A stretch of DNA of 32,000 nucleotides. Origin: Pseudodesulfovibrio piezophilus C1TLV30 (lineage in GTDB: Bacteria; Desulfobacterota; Desulfovibrionia; Desulfovibrionales; Desulfovibrionaceae). Location: positions 3,152,411 through 3,184,410 of the forward strand of contig NC_020409.1 of NCBI RefSeq assembly GCF_000341895.1. Reading direction: 5' to 3'. A program made the translations under genes and the position numbers. The notes beneath the pieces are model-generated. The model did not search any database, was not told the DNA's origin, and was given only the letters and a program-made list of their open reading frames with translations. Positions 7,431-15,778 of the stretch are shown here, in pieces; within the stretch, counting starts at the first letter, position 1; each line of letters opens with the position of its first letter.

Positions 7431-8799
7431 TGCTTCCACCAAGAAAACAGCTCGACCGAACTTTGTTTCAACAACCAATGCTTGCAAGCTGTGTACTCCA
7501 TTAGGGGCGGCAATGGCTTTTCGTGGCATCGAAGGAGCCATCCCGTTTCTGCACGGTTCTCAGGGATGCGCCACGTATATGCGCCGATATGTCATTTCCC
7601 ATTTTCGCGAACCCGTGGATATCGCCTCTTCGGCTTTGGGTGAGAAAAATGCCATTTATGGCGGTGGCCCGAACCTGAAAAAGGGTGTGCTCAATGTCAT
7701 GAAGAAATATGAGCCGAAGCTCATCGGTGTGGCGACCACCTGCCTGACCGAAACCATTGGTGATGACGTCCGTATGATTCTCAAGGAATTTCATGGTGAA
7801 TTTGGTGATCTGGATCTGCCTGAGATCGTGCATGTTTCCACTCCCAGCTACAATGGGACTCATACGGATGGATGGCATGGTGCCGTGCGTTCGCTGGTGG
7901 AACAACTCTGTACGACCAAGGCAGAGGAGGCCAATCGAGTCAATATCCTGCCTAACATGGTCTCCTGTGAAGATGTTCGCCAGCTGCATGACATCTGTCG
8001 TGATTTCGGCATCATGGGAACGATATTGCCGGATATTTCCGAAACCTTGGATGGTCCGACACTGGAGGATTATGTGAAAATACCCTCCGGTGGAACCACT
8101 CTCGAGGATATCAAGACCATGTCCGGCTCAAGGGCGACTATTGAATTTGGTCGTTGCCTTCCACAGTCCACAGGGGGAACCAGTCTGGAATCGATATTTG
8201 GTGTCAAAAATCATCGTTTAGGTCTTCCTATCGGATTGCGGGAGTCTGATCGCTTTTATGAGGCTCTCGAAGCTCTTTCCGGGACGCCTATGCCTCGGCG
8301 GTACGAATTGGAACGCGGCCGGCTGATTGATGCCTATGTTGATGGGCATAAATATGTCTTCGGAAAACGAGCTGTGGTTTATGGCGAAGAAGACCTTGTG
8401 GCCGGCCTGTGCGCCTTTCTTGCCGAGATTGGTATTGATGTTGTTCTGGCAGGAACAGGTTCTCGCAACAAAGGGCTGGAGAATGCCATTGCAGCTGTCA
8501 CGGATGGTGTGGCCCGTCGTGCTCCGGAAGTCCGTGAAGGTGTGGATTTTCAGGATATAGCGGATGAGGCTGAAACGTTGAAGCCGGATCTGCTTATTGG
8601 GCATTCCAAAGGGTACAAGTACGCCAAGGCGTGGAACATTCCGTTGGTGCGGGTAGGATTTCCGATTCATGATCGCTTTGGCGGGCAACGGGTACTCCAT
8701 CTTGGGTATAAAGGAGCACTCAACCTTTTTGACATGATCGTCAACACGGTCATCGACAAGAAGCAGACAGAGAGCCCTATCGGCTATGGATATATTTAA
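7423..8799 (+). CDS. nifN: Nitrogenase FeMo-cofactor biosynthesis scaffold NifN
   Basis: NifK-like with NifN motifs (NACKLCTPLGA, HGSQGC, TTCLTETIGDD, GFPIHDR). The ATG at 7423 overlaps the nifE stop (ATGAGTAA) and AAGGAGG lies upstream. The track start at 7261 is inside nifE. Confidence 0.9.
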   Translation: MSNASTKKTARPNFVSTTNACKLCTPLGAAMAFRGIEGAIPFLHGSQGCATYMRRYVISHFREPVDIASSALGEKNAIYGGGPNLKKGVLNVMKKYEPKLIGVATTCLTETIGDDVRMILKEFHGEFGDLDLPEIVHVSTPSYNGTHTDGWHGAVRSLVEQLCTTKAEEANRVNILPNMVSCEDVRQLHDICRDFGIMGTILPDISETLDGPTLEDYVKIPSGGTTLEDIKTMSGSRATIEFGRCLPQSTGGTSLESIFGVKNHRLGLPIGLRESDRFYEALEALSGTPMPRRYELERGRLIDAYVDGHKYVFGKRAVVYGEEDLVAGLCAFLAEIGIDVVLAGTGSRNKGLENAIAAVTDGVARRAPEVREGVDFQDIADEAETLKPDLLIGHSKGYKYAKAWNIPLVRVGFPIHDRFGGQRVLHLGYKGALNLFDMIVNTVIDKKQTESPIGYGYI

Positions 8800-8988
8800 G
8801 ATAATTATTGAAAGTATGGAATAACGATAACTGATCGATATGTTAACCAGCCTTCCGCCATCCCCGGTCTGCGCCAATGCGCTGACGCACTGACCGAGAG
8901 AGAGCGGGGTCTGGGGGAAAGGATGAGGGAGAATCTCGCAAGAGGTTTTCCCGTCCCCCACCCGGTGAAGGCAGCACAGGAGATTGTC

Positions 8989-10263
8989 ATGAGTAGCAAG
9001 GACACAACCAAGCACCCCTGTTTCAATAAGGAAACCGCAGGTAGCTGCGGCCGCGTACATCTACCCGTAGCGCCCAAGTGCAACATTCAATGCAACTACT
9101 GCAATCGCAAATATGACTGTGTCAACGAGTCGCGTCCCGGCGTGACAAGTGGTGTGCTCAAGCCGTTTCAGGCCGCTGAATACATGGATAAGGTCTTGGA
9201 AAAGGAGCCGCGTATCACTGTCGCGGGTATTGCCGGACCTGGCGATCCTTTTGCCAATCCTACTGAAGTGTTGGAAACCATGCGGCTGCTCAATCAGCGT
9301 CACCCTGAATTGCTCTTTTGTCTCTCCAGCAATGGCATGGGCATCCTGCCGTATCTAGATGATATTGCGGAGCTTGGTGTTTCCCATGTGACCATCACCA
9401 TCTCGGCTGTCGACCCTGTCATCGGCGCTCAAATCTATTCATGGGTCAAAGATGGCAACGTTGTCTATCGTGGAGAGAAAGGGGCTGAAATACTCCTTGA
9501 CCGCCAGCTCAAAGCAATCAAAGGCCTCAAGGAACGGGGGATTGTCGTCAAGGTCAATTCCATCGTTATCCCAGGTGTCAATGAAGAGCATCTTGTGGAA
9601 GTTGCCAAGGTTGTTTCTGCCCTGGGTGCAGATATCCAAAACATGATTCCGATCAAACCGACACAGGATACACCCTTTGCCGAAGTTCCCGAACCGGGCA
9701 AGGAAACCGTACTCCCCCTGCGGAAGGAAGCCGGTGAATACATTTCGCAGATGACGCATTGCAAGCGGTGTCGAGCCGATGCAGTGGGCTTGCTGGGGAA
9801 TGATCAATCCGTGGCCTTGTGCGGGACCCTCAAGGCGTGTGCGTCGCTCAAGCCGATAGAAGTGAAGATGCCCAAGCCGTATGTAGCGGTTGCGACTCGT
9901 GAGGGTATGCTCGTCAATCAACACCTGGGTGAAGCCAAGAGTTTTCAGATTTGGGGGGAAGCGGAAACCGGTGGATTTCACATGATCGAAGAACGAAAAG
10001 CTCCTAATGCAGGCTGCGGTCCCAAACGATGGGCAGATCTCGCTGCCATGCTCAATGACTGTAGGGCGGTCTTGGCTGCTGCCATGGGTGAAACGCCACA
10101 AATGCTCTTGGAAGAGCATGGTGTGAAAGCACATGTTGTAGACGGTTTTATTCAGGATGCCTTGGCGGTTGTTTTCAGTGAGGGTGACATTAAGACTCTC
10201 AAAGGTCGCCGTGGCGGCATCGGTGGAGCCTGTTGTACCGGAACCGGTACTTCCTGCGGATAA
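8989..10263 (+). CDS. nifB: Radical SAM FeMo-cofactor biosynthesis protein NifB (with NifX-like C-terminal domain)
   Basis: Contains HPCF, LPVAPKCNIQCNYCNRKYDC (intact CxxxCxxC), GPGDP, HCKRCRADAVG and a NifX-like C-terminus. The ATG at 8989 follows AGGAG. Confidence 0.95.
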   Translation: MSSKDTTKHPCFNKETAGSCGRVHLPVAPKCNIQCNYCNRKYDCVNESRPGVTSGVLKPFQAAEYMDKVLEKEPRITVAGIAGPGDPFANPTEVLETMRLLNQRHPELLFCLSSNGMGILPYLDDIAELGVSHVTITISAVDPVIGAQIYSWVKDGNVVYRGEKGAEILLDRQLKAIKGLKERGIVVKVNSIVIPGVNEEHLVEVAKVVSALGADIQNMIPIKPTQDTPFAEVPEPGKETVLPLRKEAGEYISQMTHCKRCRADAVGLLGNDQSVALCGTLKACASLKPIEVKMPKPYVAVATREGMLVNQHLGEAKSFQIWGEAETGGFHMIEERKAPNAGCGPKRWADLAAMLNDCRAVLAAAMGETPQMLLEEHGVKAHVVDGFIQDALAVVFSEGDIKTLKGRRGGIGGACCTGTGTSCG

Positions 10264-10333
10264 TATGTCCAATAGAGGAACGATCGCTGAAATATCTTGG
10301 CGCTCGTGAACCATTAGCATAGGAGAACCGTCG

Positions 10334-10579
10334 ATGAACAAGGCTACACTCGAGAAGGTCTTTGAGTACGCGTCAAAACCTGTCCAGGGGACAATGTCGC
10401 GAAAACTCCGCAAAGATGTGAAAATTCAGGTCAACGAGGGAGAAGTCTACGAAGGCGCAACCCTGTTCCTGGGCGAAGAATTCGTCCGCGTCACCTGTAC
10501 GCAGGATGGGTCCAATATCAACACTTACTATGATTGGGAAAAGATCATTTCGGTCCGTACTATCGGGGCAGTTGAATAA
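10334..10579 (+). CDS. Hypothetical small protein (81 aa), nif-linked
   Basis: AGGAGAA lies 7 nt upstream of the ATG. Same strand as nifB and 70 nt downstream of it, followed directly by a strong terminator. I recognise no family. Confidence 0.55.
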   Translation: MNKATLEKVFEYASKPVQGTMSRKLRKDVKIQVNEGEVYEGATLFLGEEFVRVTCTQDGSNINTYYDWEKIISVRTIGAVE

Positions 10580-10603
10580 GACATCTCCTACTATCCCATA
10601 ACA

Positions 10604-10640
10604 GAAAACGGCCAACATCAGTGTGATGTAGGCCGTTTTC
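10604..10640. terminator. Bidirectional rho-independent terminator between convergent genes
   Basis: The hairpin reads GAAAACGGCC-A-ACATCA-GTG-TGATGT-A-GGCCGTTTTC, 16 bp with one A/A mismatch. Its own terminal bases supply A/T runs on either side. Lies between the + ORF ending at 10579 and the - ORF ending at 10674. Confidence 0.8.
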
Positions 10641-10673
10641 GCTTTGGGGGTTGGTAGGAGTACTGTATGTGAT

Positions 10674-12758
10674 TTATGCTTTGCTCACGGTCACGAAATG
10701 TTCCTGCATGGCGATGGCTCCACCGCCTTTGTCCCACTTCGTGATTCCCTTGGGCATCAGTTCATTGTCGGCAACACCTCGCCCCTGTGCGCGAGATTCG
10801 CACGGGAGAGTGTGCCCGAAACCATGGATCATGAAGACTGCTTCAGGATGGATAAAATCAGTGACGAAGGCCTTTATTTCACCGGAATGGCCATTGTTGG
10901 AAATGGTGACGGTGTCATCAGTGCTGATCCCGAGTTTTTTGGCCCGTTCACTGTTGATCCACAAGGTGTTCTCGGGCATTTGTTCAAAGAGGAGTGAATT
11001 GTTGACCGTATGTCCCTGGGTATGCAGGGCACATCGGCCAAAGGTGATACGGAATTTGTCCAGAGGGGGAAGTTCTGGTGATTCATAAGGCTTGAGGGAG
11101 AGCTGGCCGTCTCCTTCCAGTTTCTCGTCAATGACCTGAACCTTGCCCGAAGGAGTCTTGAAAGAACCGTCCTTAACCGGTTTGTATGTTGGCGAATCAG
11201 CCAGATCCACAATTCCGGTTTCATCAAAGTCGGCAATGGAAACCCCTGTCCCTTCGAGCTGGAAGTTCCAAAGGTCTTCGACGTTGTCCATGGCCAGTTC
11301 ATCAAGCCCAAACCGTTTTGCCAGACCTGCGTATATTTCCCAGATGGCTTTGGTATCATAGAGTGGTTCCATGGCCCGTTTGCGCATTTGGAAACATGGT
11401 TTGGGGCCATTTTTGGTCATGATCTGATCGTCTCTTTCCAGATAGGGTGAGATCGGCAGGATGACATCAGAATACCAGGCGGTGTCTGACCAGGAAAATG
11501 TGACAGCAACCAGCAATTCGATGTTTTCCCACAATACCTTAACATCGGCAGAGTCTGGGAAGGCCATGAGAGGGTCATGGCGTTGGGCAATGTATGCCTT
11601 GACCGGATACGGGGAACCTTGGGCAACACTTTCATAGGCGAGATTGACTAATCCCGGTCCCGCATCAAAGTGCTTGCGTCCATCCATCCAGCCGATACCG
11701 TCTGCGCGTTGTCCTTCCGGTTTGGGATAGAGTTCCATGAAGCTTTTAAGTCCCTTGGCACCCACATCGCCGGGCTTGTTCATGAAAGGAAGGCCACCCT
11801 TGGCTCCGATAGCTCCGAGCAGGGCGTTGATTATGTACGCCGTGCGAGACATATAGAAGGAGTCCGAGTAGCGGGCGGTCATCCAACCAGGATGCCAGAC
11901 AACACTGGGCGCGGCCTCTCCGAGTTGCTGTGCAAGGTCGCGGATGGAATCTGCATTGACCCCGGTTTCTTTTTCGGCCCATTCCGGTGTGTACTGGGCG
12001 ACAAAGCTCTTGAGGGCGTCGAAATCCTGCATCCAATCTGCCACAAATTGTTTGTCATAGAGTTCTTCAGCGATAATGACATTGATGACGGCCAGGTTGA
12101 ATGCGTAATCTGTTCCGGGGCGAATCAGAAAGAAATTATCCGCTTTGGTCGCAGTGATGTTAGCACGAATGTCGATGACCGAGAGTTTGGCTCCGTTTTT
12201 CATGCCTGTCAGAACATTGTTGACTTCTGCAACATTGATTGCCTCGAAGATATTACGCTGCTGTACAATGATATGCTTGGCGTTCTTGAAATCATAAGAA
12301 ACACCCTTGCGGCCGAATCCGAAGACTGACAACGCTGCATTCTGCACGTTACGGGCGCAAGCCGAATCATGGTTGTTGTAATTGACCGTCCCAATCCCAC
12401 GCAGAAACGCACGGTAGAAATCTCTGAATGGACCTCCACGATCCGAAAAAAGAACGGAGTTCTTACCGTGTTCAGCCTGGATGGCCTTGAGTTTGTCTGC
12501 GACATGGTCAAGAGCTTCATCCCACGAGACTCGTTTCCATTTTCCTTCGCCTCGTTCTCCCTGACGAATCATCGGGTATTGAGGGCGTTCCTCATCGTAG
12601 GTGAGAGCAGTGCCAGCGGCACCGCGAGGACAGAGTGCACCCTTGAGAGCCTTCGGGCTTCCCTGAATGTATTCGGCCTTGCCATCCACCACTTCAACCT
12701 GAATGGGACAGCGGACCGAACACATGCCGCACATGCTGTTTACATATTCCTTACTCAT
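10674..12758 (-). CDS. Molybdopterin (bis-MGD) oxidoreductase catalytic subunit, PsrA/PhsA-like, no Tat signal
   Basis: N-terminal 4Fe-4S motif CGMCSVRC...C begins at residue 10. A candidate Mo-ligand context NHDSACARN is present, along with family-typical blocks (IRPGTDYA, SDVILP, FGHT). The ATG at 12758 follows AGGAGGAG. No RRxFLK twin-arginine leader. Confidence 0.88.
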   Translation of the reverse strand: MSKEYVNSMCGMCSVRCPIQVEVVDGKAEYIQGSPKALKGALCPRGAAGTALTYDEERPQYPMIRQGERGEGKWKRVSWDEALDHVADKLKAIQAEHGKNSVLFSDRGGPFRDFYRAFLRGIGTVNYNNHDSACARNVQNAALSVFGFGRKGVSYDFKNAKHIIVQQRNIFEAINVAEVNNVLTGMKNGAKLSVIDIRANITATKADNFFLIRPGTDYAFNLAVINVIIAEELYDKQFVADWMQDFDALKSFVAQYTPEWAEKETGVNADSIRDLAQQLGEAAPSVVWHPGWMTARYSDSFYMSRTAYIINALLGAIGAKGGLPFMNKPGDVGAKGLKSFMELYPKPEGQRADGIGWMDGRKHFDAGPGLVNLAYESVAQGSPYPVKAYIAQRHDPLMAFPDSADVKVLWENIELLVAVTFSWSDTAWYSDVILPISPYLERDDQIMTKNGPKPCFQMRKRAMEPLYDTKAIWEIYAGLAKRFGLDELAMDNVEDLWNFQLEGTGVSIADFDETGIVDLADSPTYKPVKDGSFKTPSGKVQVIDEKLEGDGQLSLKPYESPELPPLDKFRITFGRCALHTQGHTVNNSLLFEQMPENTLWINSERAKKLGISTDDTVTISNNGHSGEIKAFVTDFIHPEAVFMIHGFGHTLPCESRAQGRGVADNELMPKGITKWDKGGGAIAMQEHFVTVSKA

Positions 12759-12852
12759 CGTCTCCTCCTGAAAATCCGGGGGTAAATTGCAGTACTTTTT
12801 TGTAGAATGCACGCTAGCAACGTGCGTCAAGCAACTGCAACAAGTTACCCTG

Positions 12853-12870
12853 ATGTGAAAATTTTCACAT
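12853..12870. promoter_or_regulatory. Perfect 18-bp palindrome with CRP/FNR-type half-sites in divergent control region
   Basis: ATGTGAAAATTTTCACAT contains TGTGA-N6-TCACA exactly. It is followed immediately by TATAAT (12871-12876, inside the self-complementary ATTATAAT). It lies 95 nt from the Mo-enzyme ATG and 158 nt from the 4Fe-4S gene ATG. Confidence 0.5.
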
Positions 12871-13027
12871 TATAATCCCAAAAAAATAAAAAAAATGCTG
12901 AAGTCACACAGTAATTTTTGAGAAAAAAATCACAAGAAGGGGCTTCATTGACCAGTTTCTCTTTTTCCTTGAAAGGGAAACATATCATAAGAACTGCGCG
13001 CATTAAATCGATTTTAGGGGTGAACAG

Positions 13028-13477
13028 ATGGCCATTTACAAAATCAAGTTCGACAAGACGAGGTGCATCGCCTGTGATGCCTGCCTTGTCCACTGCAAGG
13101 TGAAGAACAAGGTTCCTGCCGGAATCAGCCTCAACCGACTGACGGCTGAGGGACCTCTTGCCGACAAGGATGGTAAGCCCACGGCTAAGCTTAAATATCA
13201 GCCGTGCCTTCACTGTAAGAAGCCGGGATGTGTCCCGGCGTGTCCCACAGGAGCCATGTACCAGCGAGAGGACGGTCTGGTCCTTGTTGATCTGGATAAG
13301 TGCGATGGATGCCAGTCCTGCATTGATGGCTGTCCGTGGCAGGTTCCCGTGTATAATGAAATGACCGGGAAGATCATGAAATGTGACTATTGCGTAGATC
13401 GGGTGGATGCCGGGGGCATACCTGCCTGCGTTACCGGCTGTACGGCCAATGCCTTGAGCTTCGTACGACCGGAATAG
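13028..13477 (+). CDS. 4Fe-4S dicluster electron-transfer subunit (DmsB/PsrB-like, small)
   Basis: Four Cys groups: CIACDACLVHC, CLHCKKPGCVPACP, CDGCQSCIDGCP and CDYC...C...C. No signal peptide. Confidence 0.88.
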   Translation: MAIYKIKFDKTRCIACDACLVHCKVKNKVPAGISLNRLTAEGPLADKDGKPTAKLKYQPCLHCKKPGCVPACPTGAMYQREDGLVLVDLDKCDGCQSCIDGCPWQVPVYNEMTGKIMKCDYCVDRVDAGGIPACVTGCTANALSFVRPE

Positions 13478-13557
13478 AGTGGTTTCGACCGAGTATCCGG
13501 GGGATATTCGGTGCAAATTTGAGGACTTTAACTTTATCTCTTTGAGGAGGAGTAACT

Positions 13558-14685
13558 GTGTTACGTTCCAACAAAATTCTCCTGATGCTGGCCCTCCTGG
13601 CCGTGGTCTGCTTTGTCGCAGAACCGGCATGGGCCGACCGTCTTGCTGAGGCTATTGCCGAGGCGAAACCCGAAGGTGAGCCTGGCTATCTCGGAATTCC
13701 CGGCGGTCCGCAGCTGAATGTCATGATCGGTCTCGTGTGGGCGATCTGGGTTGGCTGGATTTTCTCCACTGTCGGTGCATTTGGTGGAATCATGGCTGGT
13801 GTCGGCCATATCACCATTTACGGACTGGGCGACTACGCCAAGAGCTTCAAGAAAACCATGAAGCTGAACAAGGTTGTGACCGATTCCATCCGTGTCTCGA
13901 ACCAGTGGTTGGTCGGTTGCTCCGCAGCACTGTCTTCCTTCAACTACTACAAAGCTGGTCGTCTGGTTCTGCCCTTGGGTATTGCCCTTGCCATTGGAGC
14001 CGTGTCCGGTTCCTGGCTGGTTCCCTGGCTCACTGCCGGAAAGATCAGTCTGAAAGCGTATCTTGGCTACTTTGGTTTGTTTGTCCTGTTTCTGGGCTGC
14101 TACCTGACCTACGAGACAACTCCGAAGGGCCAAGCCAACAAAAAGGCCGCCAAAAAGGCCGCAGAAGCTTTTCAGAAATCTGTGAAAGAACAGCAGGCCG
14201 GTGGTCAGGTCGATCTCGCCGAGATGGGCGTTAAAGTCCAGAAGTTTACCCCGACAGCCTGTGAATTTACTTTCTTTGGTGTCGAGTTCAGATTCAATCC
14301 GCTGATTCCGGTTGTCGGTGGTTTCTTCATCGCAGCATTGGCTTCCTTCCTGGGCGTTGGTGGCGGCTTCCTGTTGGTGCCGTTCCTGACTTCCGTTGCC
14401 GGTTTGCCCATGTACCTTGTTGCAGGAACCTCTGCCATGGCCGTTTTCATTGGTATGGTCAACTCCATCGCTTCCTACATGTTGCTCAAGCAAACTCCTG
14501 TTGCCTGGGGACTGATTGGCGCTGAACTTATCGGTATCGTTATTGGTTCCGTTATTGGTCCCAAGACCTCCAAGTTCATCCCCGAGAAAGTACTGAAGTA
14601 CATCTTCATCTTCCTCGCCCTGTATGTGGGTATTCGCTATACCACCAAGGGTTTCCTGGGTCATTCCCTGGTTCCTCCCTTCTAA
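13558..14685 (+). CDS. TauE/SafE (DUF81) family anion permease with N-terminal signal peptide and long central loop
   Basis: GTG start 7 nt after GAGGAGG. Cleavable-looking leader ...FVAEPAWA. Two 4-TM halves carry the Gly-rich motifs VGAFGGIMAG and FLGVGGGFLLVPFL, separated by a Lys/Ala-rich hydrophilic loop. Confidence 0.8.
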   Translation: MLRSNKILLMLALLAVVCFVAEPAWADRLAEAIAEAKPEGEPGYLGIPGGPQLNVMIGLVWAIWVGWIFSTVGAFGGIMAGVGHITIYGLGDYAKSFKKTMKLNKVVTDSIRVSNQWLVGCSAALSSFNYYKAGRLVLPLGIALAIGAVSGSWLVPWLTAGKISLKAYLGYFGLFVLFLGCYLTYETTPKGQANKKAAKKAAEAFQKSVKEQQAGGQVDLAEMGVKVQKFTPTACEFTFFGVEFRFNPLIPVVGGFFIAALASFLGVGGGFLLVPFLTSVAGLPMYLVAGTSAMAVFIGMVNSIASYMLLKQTPVAWGLIGAELIGIVIGSVIGPKTSKFIPEKVLKYIFIFLALYVGIRYTTKGFLGHSLVPPF

Positions 14686-14711
14686 GTCGGGAAAACACCA
14701 ATTCAATCATT

Positions 14712-14736
14712 GGGGCCGCCCATAGTGGGCGGCCCC
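14712..14736 (+). repeat. GC-rich hairpin (GGGGCCGCCC-ATAGT-GGGCGGCCCC), member of a locally repeated motif
   Basis: Perfect 10-bp stem directly after the TauE-like stop, with no downstream T-run. A related copy sits at 15628-15656. Confidence 0.5.
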
Positions 14737-14755
14737 GCAAAAGACAGGAAACAGC

Positions 14756-15346
14756 ATGACGAGCCAAGCCATATACGAATTCCTTGACCCTTGGATGATC
14801 TGGGCATTTCGCACCAGCGACAACCCATATCTCGGGTTTGCCATAGGGCTTTTCTGGCTCTGCCTTCTCGCAACCATTATAGGTGAATTATGCATGGCTG
14901 GTATCTATTTCCTGAATGCCAAACATTTTTCAAAAATCAATCGGGATATGGTCAATCACCATAACTTGTCGGTTCAGGCCATCGGTGTGAAAGACAAGGT
15001 TGCGTGGAAAGCCTGCAACTCCATTGCCAATGAAGCCTTTGGCAAGAATTTCTTTTCTCATATTGCACTCTTTGCCTCATCATTGTGGATTGTTCCGTTT
15101 GGTATCGGCTGGCTTTTCTATCGATTCGGTTCAGTTGATTTCGTTGTTCCGTTTATCGGGCAGGTTGGACCTTCCTTTATCTTTATTCCTCTCTATATCT
15201 TGGTCCGTTGGTTGTTTGGTAAAGCCAAACCCTGGCTTCCGGTCTTCAAGACAATTCGTCGCAAGATCAAGGAAAACGAAGGGGAAGATGAGATGCTGTT
15301 GTTTTCGGATCTCATCAAAGAGAAAGAAGCTGTTCCCGGAAATTAG
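14756..15346 (+). CDS. Hypothetical integral membrane protein (196 aa)
   Basis: AGGAAA RBS. Several hydrophobic helices and an acidic/basic C-terminal tail. No family recognised. Confidence 0.6.
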   Translation: MTSQAIYEFLDPWMIWAFRTSDNPYLGFAIGLFWLCLLATIIGELCMAGIYFLNAKHFSKINRDMVNHHNLSVQAIGVKDKVAWKACNSIANEAFGKNFFSHIALFASSLWIVPFGIGWLFYRFGSVDFVVPFIGQVGPSFIFIPLYILVRWLFGKAKPWLPVFKTIRRKIKENEGEDEMLLFSDLIKEKEAVPGN

Positions 15347-15636
15347 GATATTTGAAGAGCCGCCCATGGAGTTGTCCATGAAAGTGGCTTTGGCGTATTG
15401 ATCGACCATGACGTGAAAGGCTTTTGGCGAAGGAGTGAATGTCAGCTTTCGCAAGCCTGTTTTGAGAAGCGATTGAACTCTGGTTGAAGGCTTTGGGCAG
15501 GGGGAATCAGCTCTGTTTTTGTTCTGATAAAAAGGGCCTTATCTCTCGTTTTGCACTCTTCTGGCCTGAGTTCTTTTCATACCGAGCGGCTGACTCTTTT
15601 CGTCAGTCCATCAGATTGGACTCTGGATTCAATCGG

Positions 15637-15660
15637 AGCCGCCCATGAAGGCGGCTTTTG
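15637..15660 (+). terminator. Rho-independent terminator (plus strand)
   Basis: AGCCGCC-CATGAA-GGCGGCT followed by TTTGTTCTTT. Confidence 0.6.
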
Positions 15661-15743
15661 TTCTTTGATAGTGTGTCGCACCCATTTCTTTTTGCAGTCA
15701 GTGCTCTTTTGGGAAAAAATAATTCTCTTGCGTTCATCATTGC

Positions 15744-15778
15744 AAAAAAAAGCACTGACTCAATAAAGAGGCAGTGCT
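15744..15778 (-). terminator. Rho-independent terminator for the minus-strand gene ending at 15800
   Basis: The minus strand reads AGCACTG-14 nt loop-CAGTGCT followed by T8. Confidence 0.7.

Noticed and set aside
12845-13630. 261-aa minus-strand ORF spanning the divergent promoter region and the whole 4Fe-4S gene.
   Set aside because: Antisense to a gene with four textbook ferredoxin Cys motifs. It would also have to be translated through the A/T-rich promoter region.
14131-14165. Tandem AAAAAGGCCGC(C) duplication inside the TauE-like gene.
   Set aside because: It simply encodes the KKAAKKAA stretch of the hydrophilic loop. It is in frame and too short to be meaningful on its own.
15551-15766. 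71-aa plus-strand ORF in the noncoding stretch.
   Set aside because: It runs straight through two terminator hairpins, has no RBS, and its translation is hydrophobic and low-complexity.
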